From: Nanobdellota archaeon
Lineage (GTDB): Archaea; Nanobdellota; Nanobdellia; Pacearchaeales; GW2011-AR1
DNA: 64,000 bases
Direction: 5' to 3'
NCBI GenBank assembly: GCA_022561055.1
Contig: JADFRY010000001.1
Span: 57,025-121,024 of the forward strand
Shown here piece by piece: positions 56,965-64,000 of this stretch (within the stretch, counting starts at the first letter, position 1; the number at the start of each line of letters is the position of its first letter). Below the pieces are notes generated by a model. The model saw nothing but the letters and a program-made list of their open reading frames with translations, searched no databases and was not told the origin of the DNA. The translations under genes were made by a program, and so were the position numbers.

Positions 56965-57924
56965 TTAATAACTAGGAAGGCACATTAATTCGCCGGTAAA
57001 ACAAGAAGTGCAAGTTTGTTTGCTTTCTTGATCTTCAATATATTCACAATAAGAAGAGTCTTTTTTTATTATTGCTAGATTTCTGTAACAATCTGCTGAT
57101 ATAATCCCTGTAGTTATTTGTTCACATAGTTCTGGGTTTTCAGTCTTTTTTGCTATGAATCCTACACATATTTCTTGACTTTCTTTATATTTTAGTTCTT
57201 TACATTCCTCTACATTGAGTTTTCTTTTTGCTGTTATCTCACTTCTTTGGACTCTTTCTAAGTCTAGGTAGCAGGCCATTTGATCGATCTCCGTATTATT
57301 ATGGCAGTAAGATGGTCCAGCTAAGAGTATACTTACTTTTTTTGTGCAAAATGTTTTTTCTCTTTCATTATTTATCTTATAACAAAGATCGATTTCATGA
57401 GACCTCAAGGCTACTAAGAGATAACAACCGTCTTTTCTACCAGTATATTCTATTAATTCACATATCTCTGGATCTTCTAAATGTCGTGCTATGTGTTGGT
57501 AGCATATTTCTTTTAATGCATAAGGGTCATGTTCTAGTCCATCTTCTATTTTGTTGCAAGCACGATAATCTCTTGTCTTTTTTCCTATTTCTTCATAACA
57601 GAGGGATTGAGAACCAATTTTAAGCTGTTCACATTTCTTTAGATCTTGAGAGTTGATAGCAGAGTATATTTTACAGAGCTCTATCGACCATTGATCTTCA
57701 GAAAAGCCTTCACACTCTTCGAAAGAAATTTGGAGATCCTCAGAATCTATTGTTTCTAGATAACAAATTTCTTTTTCTCCAAGAGGCAGGGAATTACATT
57801 CAGCTTCTAGGTATTCAGATGCCGAATTGCTTATACCTATATTGTTGCTGATTAGAAAGAAAGATGTTAATCCTATGGCTAACAATCCCACTAATACTAG
57901 GATAATTATTAGTATACCTTTCAT
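56965..57924 (-). CDS. secreted cysteine-rich tandem-repeat protein
   Basis: Signal anchor then ~10 repeats of ~28 aa with spacing C..ICY/CY..I..D pattern. Confidence 0.45.
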   Translation of the reverse strand: MKGILIIILVLVGLLAIGLTSFFLISNNIGISNSASEYLEAECNSLPLGEKEICYLETIDSEDLQISFEECEGFSEDQWSIELCKIYSAINSQDLKKCEQLKIGSQSLCYEEIGKKTRDYRACNKIEDGLEHDPYALKEICYQHIARHLEDPEICELIEYTGRKDGCYLLVALRSHEIDLCYKINNEREKTFCTKKVSILLAGPSYCHNNTEIDQMACYLDLERVQRSEITAKRKLNVEECKELKYKESQEICVGFIAKKTENPELCEQITTGIISADCYRNLAIIKKDSSYCEYIEDQESKQTCTSCFTGELMCLPSY

Positions 57925-57972
57925 TAGTTTGTTTTAGAGTGAGAGGTATTTAATAGTTGATAGTTGAGCTTT

Positions 57973-58332
57973 TTATTCTATCAAAACAGCATTCACGCAA
58001 CCTTCTCTCGAAGGGCGGTTTGTTATTGTTGCTTTGCCCATGGAAGTTTCAATTAGAACTCCCTTTATTAATCTATTTTGTCTGGCAAGGAATTTATTCT
58101 GGGGGGTTTCAAGAACTTTTTTTATTTCAGCTTTTTTCATGCCTTCAGAGGCAGCCACATTTACGATATTTGTGCTGAGTAAGATTGTTTTTTTTGTTCC
58201 CCCTTTAACTCTGATTGTTTTTCTTTTTAGTTCACCGAGTACGACTATCTTTTCTTGACTGGTTTTTTCATAAAACTTTTTCTTTCTATTTGCGTGATAT
58301 TTTCCGCCAGTAATTTTTCTTCCTTTATTCAT
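57973..58332 (-). CDS. rps8e: ribosomal protein S8e
   Basis: 'MNKGRKITGGK' and C-terminal 'GCVNAVLIE'; listed ORF uses upstream TTG at 58356. Confidence 0.7.
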   Translation of the reverse strand: MNKGRKITGGKYHANRKKKFYEKTSQEKIVVLGELKRKTIRVKGGTKKTILLSTNIVNVAASEGMKKAEIKKVLETPQNKFLARQNRLIKGVLIETSMGKATITNRPSREGCVNAVLIE

Positions 58333-58342
58333 TTTACAACCT

Positions 58343-58425
58343 TTCAAAAACCTCAAGAATTTTTAATTCTTGGGGCCCAGAAAACTTATTAGTTTTCTAG
58401 GGGTTCTAGGAGTCCAAACGGATCC
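58343..58425. repeat. twin-hairpin element, copy 2 (paralog of 20060-20140), immediately upstream of rps8e
   Basis: CTCAAGAAT-TTTTA-ATTCTTGGGG and CCCAGAAAACT-TATT-AGTTTTCTAGGGG then GGAGTCCAAAC. Confidence 0.75.
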
Positions 58426-58547
58426 TTTACCTTTACAATCTTTCAAAAATTTGGTTTATATAGTTTTTGTTTTAATAAAATCTTTGTTAAGTTTGCATAA
58501 CAACAATCTACAACAATGTTTAAATACTCTAAATCTAAAAAGCACAT

Positions 58548-58784
58548 ATGGGAAATGGAATAGAGAGACCACTTGATCTTTTGAATGCGTCTAAAGGCAA
58601 GGAAGTTATTATTCAACTGAAGAACGATAAGCAATTCGTCGGTATTTTAAAGGCATTTGATATTCATATAAATGTTGTTCTGGATAATACAAAAGAGATG
58701 ATTAATGGAGAAGTAAAGAAAAGTTTTGGCCTGACATTTTTGAGAGGAGATACTATTATATTTATTTCTCCTTCTTCAACTTAA
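58548..58784 (+). CDS. Sm-like archaeal protein (LSm)
   Basis: 'PLDLLNASKGKEVIIQLKNDKQFVGILKAFDIHINVVL' Sm1/Sm2 motifs. Confidence 0.8.
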   Translation: MGNGIERPLDLLNASKGKEVIIQLKNDKQFVGILKAFDIHINVVLDNTKEMINGEVKKSFGLTFLRGDTIIFISPSST

Positions 58785-58847
58785 TTAGAAAGTTAGAGCT
58801 TCGCAAGAAATCTGTTTGTTTTAGTCGACAATAAATTGGTATTTGTT

Positions 58848-59744
58848 TTAAACAATTATTTTATCAAAATCTTTTGCAACATGGGTGGCTTTGAAAACCT
58901 TTTTTGCTTCGTCTAGGATAAGTTTTGTGTTATGTTCATTTTTGTGAGAGAGGTGGGTAAGAATTAATTTTTTAACTTTTGCTTTTTTTGCGATTGTTGC
59001 TGCTTGTTTTGCTGTTAAGTGACAGTATTCCCTTGCTTTTTCTTCTTCTTTTGATGAGTAGCTTGATTCACATATTAAAATATCAGAATTTTTAGCTAGT
59101 TTTATAGAGTTGTTACTCATTGCGCTGTCTAAGACAAATGTTATTTTCTTTCCTTTTTGTAAATATGTCATGTTTTTAGCTTTGAGCTTTTTACCTTTGA
59201 AGGTTACATCTTTGCCTTGTTGCAGTTTTCCTAATAGCGGAGAACTTGGAAGTTTTAGTTTTTTTAGAATGTCTTTGCGTAAGCGTAATTTGTCTTTTAT
59301 TATTAAAGCGTATGCATTGGTTGGCATTTTGTGTGGCACAGGTTTTGTTTCAATTAGGAATTCTTTTTCATCTATTAGTATTCCAGAAGAAACTTCATGG
59401 ATTTCTGGGTTTATTCTAAATTTTCCATATATTTTTTCAAGTAACCTAATTTTTTCTTTTGTTCCTTTTGGACCATAGATATATAATGTTTTTGAGTAAT
59501 CAGACATATCCAGTGTTTTTAAAAGGCCTGGAATACCTAAGGCATGGTCTGCGTGCCAGTGGGTTAATAAAATTCTGGTTAGTTTGCAGGGATTTAGTTT
59601 TGCAATTTTGAATTGTCTTTGGGTTCCTTCACCGCAGTCAATTAATATGTTTTCAGCGCCATAGTTAATTAAAATTGCAGTATGATTTCTTTTAGCAGTT
59701 GGTATTGCACTTCCAGTTCCGAGGAAAGTTATTTCTATCTTCAT
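58848..59744 (-). CDS. rnz: ribonuclease Z (tRNA 3' processing, metallo-beta-lactamase fold)
   Basis: 'ILLTHWHADHALGIPGLL' HxHxDH motif, ~300 aa. Confidence 0.8.
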   Translation of the reverse strand: MKIEITFLGTGSAIPTAKRNHTAILINYGAENILIDCGEGTQRQFKIAKLNPCKLTRILLTHWHADHALGIPGLLKTLDMSDYSKTLYIYGPKGTKEKIRLLEKIYGKFRINPEIHEVSSGILIDEKEFLIETKPVPHKMPTNAYALIIKDKLRLRKDILKKLKLPSSPLLGKLQQGKDVTFKGKKLKAKNMTYLQKGKKITFVLDSAMSNNSIKLAKNSDILICESSYSSKEEEKAREYCHLTAKQAATIAKKAKVKKLILTHLSHKNEHNTKLILDEAKKVFKATHVAKDFDKIIV

Positions 59745-59963
59745 GTTTTTTTATATGAAAGTTGTTTTATATAAGTTATTGTGAGTCTTATTAATCTAAA
59801 AAATAGATTTTTAGAATAAAGTAATTATTTTAGGTAATATTATAATATTTTATAAATCCATAGTATGAAAGAAGTTTATTATGTGTAGGAGGGTTTTATT
59901 ACTTGTTGGTTTATTGGGCTTGAATTAAGCAATCTTTATAAAATATAGTCTTTTTAATGTATC

Positions 59964-62567
59964 ATGCATAAAAAAAAGGTGATTCAGTTTTTTGTTTTAT
60001 TGTTTGTTTTTGCAGGTTTGTTAGCCATGACTCAATTTTCATATTTTGAGGGCATCGGTATTACTGGGTTTGCTATTTTTGAGGATTTTGGGAATAGTTT
60101 TAATAACGGCACCTTTGAGAACACAGTATATAATGGTTCTTCAGTGGTTTTATCTGGAAGTAATTTGAGTGGAAATTATACTAGTCAGGTTTTTGATGCT
60201 ACACAACTTGCGACTTGGAATAATATTAGTTTGGTTAGGAAGATTCCTAAATTTGATTATTTATATGTTTTTGATAATGATAAAGATGTATGGAGATCAT
60301 CTGACGATGGAACTAGTTGGGTTGAAATAAACAATAGTTATTTTTCTTTAGATATATATGGAATAACGTCAACTTCAGATGGGTTGTTTGTAATTAAAAA
60401 GGATGGGCAAGTTCATAAATCAACAGATTCTGGTGTTACATGGTCATTAGTAAACAGTGGAGATATAACTCAAGAGCCAAGAGGATTAACTTCTGACTCG
60501 AGTGATAATTTATATGTCGTTGCTAAATCTAAACAAATATATCAGTCGATAAATGCAGGAGCAAGTTGGACGTTAGTAAATAATTCTTATACGGTTACGA
60601 ATAATGCTAATCAGTATGGGATTGGAGAAGAATTAGTAAAAACTAATTTAACTTATCAATATAGGAATTGTTCTTTGGCTAATTGTGGCGGTGAAAGTTT
60701 TATCGGTCCCGACGGCACCGGAGATAGTTTTTTTACAGAGACGGTTAGGGACATTAGTTTGACAAGTCAGTATTTTCAGTATAAAGTTTATTTTAGTAGT
60801 GATTCCCCTGATGTTTCTCCTTATTTAGAAAGTGTGACTATTGATTATTCTTTATTGAGTTCTGGAAATGCAACTGTTCCGACAGTTAATATAGATTATC
60901 CTTCATATAGCTCAACATACGGTGATAATGAAAGCTTAACATTAAACTTTTCTGTTATTTCTGATAATTTGGATTCATGTTGGTATACTTTAAATAATGG
61001 TGAAACAAATGAAACAATAGTTAATTGTGAGAATACAACTTTTAGTGTTGCTGAAGATGGAGTTTATAATATTTCTGTTTATGCTAATGAAACTGTTTTA
61101 GGCTTAGAGGGTTCTGATAGTTTGCTATTTTATGTGAACATCGGAAAACCTAGTGTTCATCTTACGTCTCCCCAGCATAATTATTATATTAATGCAACAG
61201 AAGTTAATTTTATTTATATTCCGTCTTCTGGTGTGGCTTTAGATAGATGTAAGCTCTGGGGAGATTTTACTAGTAATTATTCTTTAAATCAAACAAATTC
61301 AAATGTTATTTCTGGAGAGCAAAGTTCTTTCATATTGAATTTAAGTGAAGGTACTTATTTATGGGCTATTTATTGCTCAGATAATATAAATTCAGCTATT
61401 ACTGGCAACAGGACTCTTATAGTAGATATTACTCCTCCTGTAGTTGATATTACTGAACCAACAGGCACATATTCTAGTTTTGACATACCTCTCGATTTCG
61501 ATGTTAATGATTCTAGCCCTGTCGGACCGTGTGTTTATAATATTAGTGCTTCAGGAAGCGGGGTTAGTATAGAGATTATTATAATTGATCCTCAATGTGA
61601 TGATGAGATTATTAGTGTAATAACTGTAGCGACTGATTATGATTTGACTTTGACAGCAGATGATTCAGCAGGAAATTCTGGTTCTGACCAAACTAGTTTT
61701 TCAGTTTCTGGCGGAGGTTCTAGCGGTGGAGGTTCTAGCAGTAGTGGAGGTTCTCCAGGTTTAACAGGTCCTGCAGAAATTAGTTTTTCTGAATTAGGGG
61801 AAATTAATATGAGAAGAGGGCAGAGTGAATTTATTGCACTAGAAGTTTTAAATTCAGGCTCTAGATTTTTAAATAATTGTAAGCTTTTGGCAGAAGGTAT
61901 TATGGAAAGTTGGGTTTCTAACAAGCAAGTTGAATCTTTGAGTTCAGGACAAAAAGTAGAATATATATTCAGTTTGAACGTGCCTGTTGATGTCGAGCCA
62001 GGAAAATATTCTTCTATTCTTACAGTTAGTTGTAATGAAGTTAGTGTTAGTACTTCCTTGAACGTAAATGTTATTGTAGGAGATTTTGATTTTGTTGTTT
62101 TGAGTTCTCAGAAAGAGGGAACTAAACTTATTGTTAGTTATAGTTTGGAAGAACTTTTTGGAAAAGATCAAGATATAACTTTGAGTTATAAATTAGTTAA
62201 CGCTAATGAATTTGTTTTACTTGAAGGAGAAGAAGTTATTTTTATTGAAGCAGGGAAGAAGAGTAATTTGAAACTTAGCTTTGAACTTCCAAAGAATGCA
62301 GTTGGAGAGCTAAAGTTAATTATGTCTGCTTCTAACGGGAGAGAGAATATTGTTATTGAGCAAGATGTTATTTTAGAGGCTGGAAGGGGTTTAGCTGGTT
62401 TCGTAATCTCGGAAGCTAATCGAAGGACGCTTTCTATTGCAGCCATTGCTATATTTGTTTTATTGTCTTTGTATTTTGTTTTGAAGTTTATTTATAAACA
62501 TCATGAAAGGATAACTAAGCATGGAGAGAGAGGAAGGCACTTTATTAAAATTAAATTGAAGGAGTAA
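59964..62567 (+). CDS. large surface glycoprotein (867 aa) with signal peptide, NxS/T-rich, Gly/Ser linker, C-terminal TM anchor
   Basis: Signal 'VIQFFVLLFVFAGLLA', many sequons, 'GGGSSGGGSSSSGGSPG', C-terminal 'IAAIAIFVLLSLYFVLKFIY'. Confidence 0.55.
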   Translation: MHKKKVIQFFVLLFVFAGLLAMTQFSYFEGIGITGFAIFEDFGNSFNNGTFENTVYNGSSVVLSGSNLSGNYTSQVFDATQLATWNNISLVRKIPKFDYLYVFDNDKDVWRSSDDGTSWVEINNSYFSLDIYGITSTSDGLFVIKKDGQVHKSTDSGVTWSLVNSGDITQEPRGLTSDSSDNLYVVAKSKQIYQSINAGASWTLVNNSYTVTNNANQYGIGEELVKTNLTYQYRNCSLANCGGESFIGPDGTGDSFFTETVRDISLTSQYFQYKVYFSSDSPDVSPYLESVTIDYSLLSSGNATVPTVNIDYPSYSSTYGDNESLTLNFSVISDNLDSCWYTLNNGETNETIVNCENTTFSVAEDGVYNISVYANETVLGLEGSDSLLFYVNIGKPSVHLTSPQHNYYINATEVNFIYIPSSGVALDRCKLWGDFTSNYSLNQTNSNVISGEQSSFILNLSEGTYLWAIYCSDNINSAITGNRTLIVDITPPVVDITEPTGTYSSFDIPLDFDVNDSSPVGPCVYNISASGSGVSIEIIIIDPQCDDEIISVITVATDYDLTLTADDSAGNSGSDQTSFSVSGGGSSGGGSSSSGGSPGLTGPAEISFSELGEINMRRGQSEFIALEVLNSGSRFLNNCKLLAEGIMESWVSNKQVESLSSGQKVEYIFSLNVPVDVEPGKYSSILTVSCNEVSVSTSLNVNVIVGDFDFVVLSSQKEGTKLIVSYSLEELFGKDQDITLSYKLVNANEFVLLEGEEVIFIEAGKKSNLKLSFELPKNAVGELKLIMSASNGRENIVIEQDVILEAGRGLAGFVISEANRRTLSIAAIAIFVLLSLYFVLKFIYKHHERITKHGERGRHFIKIKLKE

Positions 62568-62600
62568 ATTTAAATAATGAGTTTATGTATTTTTTATTAT

Positions 62601-62699
62601 GCTCCCGTAGCTCAGTCTGGATAGAGCAACAGACTTCTAATATTGTGCTTTGTAAAGGGAGAAATCTGTGGGTCGCAGGTTCAAATCCTGTCGGGGGCA
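62601..62699 (+). tRNA. tRNA-Arg (anticodon TCT) with ~25-nt intron
   Basis: GCTCCCG-TA-GCTC-AGTCTGGATA-GAGC-A-ACAGA-CTTCTA[intron]A-TCTGT..GCAGG-TTCAAAT-CCTGT-CGGGGGC-A. Confidence 0.75.
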
Positions 62700-62760
62700 T
62701 TTTTGTAGAAATATATATTCCTAAATCTTTAAAAGTCTTTAAGATGTTGATATATTTCAT

Positions 62761-62832
62761 GCGCGGGTAGCCAAGTGGTAAGGCAGGGGCCTGCAGAGCC
62801 TCGATGCGAGGGTTCGAATCCCTCTCCGCGCT
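62761..62832 (+). tRNA. tRNA-Cys (anticodon GCA), discriminator U73
   Basis: GCGCGGG acceptor, anticodon stem GGGGC/GCCTC loop CTGCAGA, T arm GAGGG-TTCGAAT-CCCTC, 3' ..CCGCGC-T. Confidence 0.8.
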
Positions 62833-63005
62833 TTTTCTAGATTCGAACAGTTTGGGGGGTTTGAATCATCAGAGAATTGAAGATTCTCTGAGCCTCTTCG
62901 TGCTCTCTGGGCGCTTTGGAGTCCCTGTAAAATACCATATTTCTAAACAGGAAAATGCTCTAAAATAGAATATTAGAAAAAGTCCGTTTAATCTATTTAA
63001 TCGCT

Positions 63006-63980
63006 TTATTTTTTAGCAATAATAGCTGTATGTGGTCCTAGTAAAGGTAAAATTCTGATGTCTTTGAAGTTGCATTCTGTAAGCCACGCTTTAATTTCTT
63101 CCTCGGTGTATGAAGAACCTTTAGTTTCTAAAAACATTACTAGAGAAAACAATGCTGGAAAAACCGGACTTGTTTTATCTGAATTTAGTAAAAATTCATT
63201 AATTATAATTAAACCATCTTGTGGTAAGATGTCATAGATTTTCTTAAGCAATTCTTTACACTCTGTAACGCTATGTGAATGTAAAATTTGTGATAGCAGT
63301 ACAATATCAAAACCTTGCAGAAGTTCGTCTTCCAAATAATCACCAGACAGAGTATTAATTCTAGATTTATCTCCTAACTTTTGTATATATTCATTTGCCA
63401 CTTCACATACTTTTGGCAATTCGAGAATAGTTGCTTTTAGATTTTTGTTTTTGTTAGTGAGTATTATAGAATATGCTCCAGAACCACCACCAAGATCTAA
63501 TAAATTTTTATAACTTGATAAATCTAATTCTTCAGATAACACATTTGCCGGATCTAGTGCACTATTATGCATAGCTCTCGTAAAAATAGGATCTTCAAAA
63601 TTTACTCTTGTGTGCTCTAGCGGTTCACCCTTCAGTATGCTTTCCTTAAGATGATCCCAGTTCTTATCTAATTTGTCGCACAGGAGTATATAATCTCCAT
63701 AAAAACTAGGGCTTTCTTTTACCAACAATTTTTCAGATGAGGGAGTATTCTTATAAATCTCTCCTTCTTTTTCAAGAAAACCAAGAGCCACACAAGCGTT
63801 AAGCAGCCTCTCGATAGGTTTAATATTGGTATTCAATTCTTCTGCTATTTTTTGTACAGTATCTATCCCTTTTTGGATTTTTGCAAATATTTCTAATTCT
63901 ACTGCAACAACAAGAGTCTTTCTAGTCCATGTATTAGTAGTTATATTTAGTAACGAATCTTTTGACAATTCTTTAGACAT
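63006..63980 (-). CDS. O-methyltransferase (class I SAM MTase with N-terminal winged-helix dimerisation domain)
   Basis: 'LLDLGGGSGAYSIIL' motif I, 'DIVLLSQILH' ; N-terminal HTH-like dimerisation region. Confidence 0.7.
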   Translation of the reverse strand: MSKELSKDSLLNITTNTWTRKTLVVAVELEIFAKIQKGIDTVQKIAEELNTNIKPIERLLNACVALGFLEKEGEIYKNTPSSEKLLVKESPSFYGDYILLCDKLDKNWDHLKESILKGEPLEHTRVNFEDPIFTRAMHNSALDPANVLSEELDLSSYKNLLDLGGGSGAYSIILTNKNKNLKATILELPKVCEVANEYIQKLGDKSRINTLSGDYLEDELLQGFDIVLLSQILHSHSVTECKELLKKIYDILPQDGLIIINEFLLNSDKTSPVFPALFSLVMFLETKGSSYTEEEIKAWLTECNFKDIRILPLLGPHTAIIAKK

Positions 63981-64000
63981 GCTATTTAATATATCTCATT

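Noticed and set aside
58333-58356. TTG-initiated N-terminal extension of S8e (MRFLKGCK)
   Set aside because: A canonical ATG (MNKGRK..) follows 8 codons later. The extension would overlap the conserved twin-hairpin element.

Overview
This is an AT-rich archaeal chromosomal segment of about 64 kb. Gene content (RadA, TFB, S3Ae, L44e, S8e, S27e, LSm, aEF-1beta, aIF2-alpha, Bud32, BHB-type tRNA introns) and small proteins point to a small-genome, DPANN-like archaeon. Coding density is high on both strands.

Housekeeping genes recognised from sequence motifs:
- A Hef-like DEAH helicase, truncated at the window start.
- RPA, RadA, a GINS-like protein, NDK and an EndoQ-like PHP nuclease.
- aIF2-alpha, aEF-1beta, SRP54, FtsY and TFB.
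- Ribosomal proteins S27e (missing from the ORF track), S15, S3Ae, L44e and S8e, plus LSm.
- RNase Z, Bud32, archaeal-type phosphoglycerate mutase, a DHH phosphoesterase, a MYG1-like hydrolase, proline iminopeptidase and two SAM-dependent methyltransferases.

Seven tRNA genes are present: Arg-GCG, Gln-TTG, Thr-TGT, Val-GAC, Leu-TAG, Arg-TCT and Cys-GCA. Three of them carry introns at the canonical 37/38 position.

The most notable non-housekeeping content:
1. A complete archaeal type IV pilus locus at about 7-19 kb. It has a FlaI/PilB-like ATPase with a long N-terminal extension, a FlaJ/PilC-like platform protein, about 10 consecutive genes with class III (prepilin) signal peptides (two tiny ones are absent from the ORF track), and an A24 prepilin peptidase.
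2. A two-gene operon at 46.7-53.9 kb encoding a 629-aa protein and a 1791-aa giant protein, both with pilin-like N-termini, alongside several large N-glycosylation-sequon-rich surface proteins. Two of these are tandem paralogs that share an identical signal peptide and a near-identical C-terminal block of about 750 bp.
3. A family of intergenic elements built around a TCAAGAAT/ATTCTTGA palindromic hairpin stem, often with a G-string and a GGAGTCCAAAC-like tail, found at five or more loci. One locus carries five such hairpins in 260 bp, and two loci carry about 85 % identical twin-hairpin copies.
4. Nested direct repeats flanking the MYG1-like gene that resemble the 3' end of the adjacent tRNA-Leu, suggesting integration remnants.
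5. A coding CAC/CAG/CAA microsatellite that yields an Ala/Val/Gly-repeat protein.
6. A divergent mini-HExxH peptidase / DUF3800 gene pair.

No CRISPR array, integrase, transposase or rRNA gene is visible.
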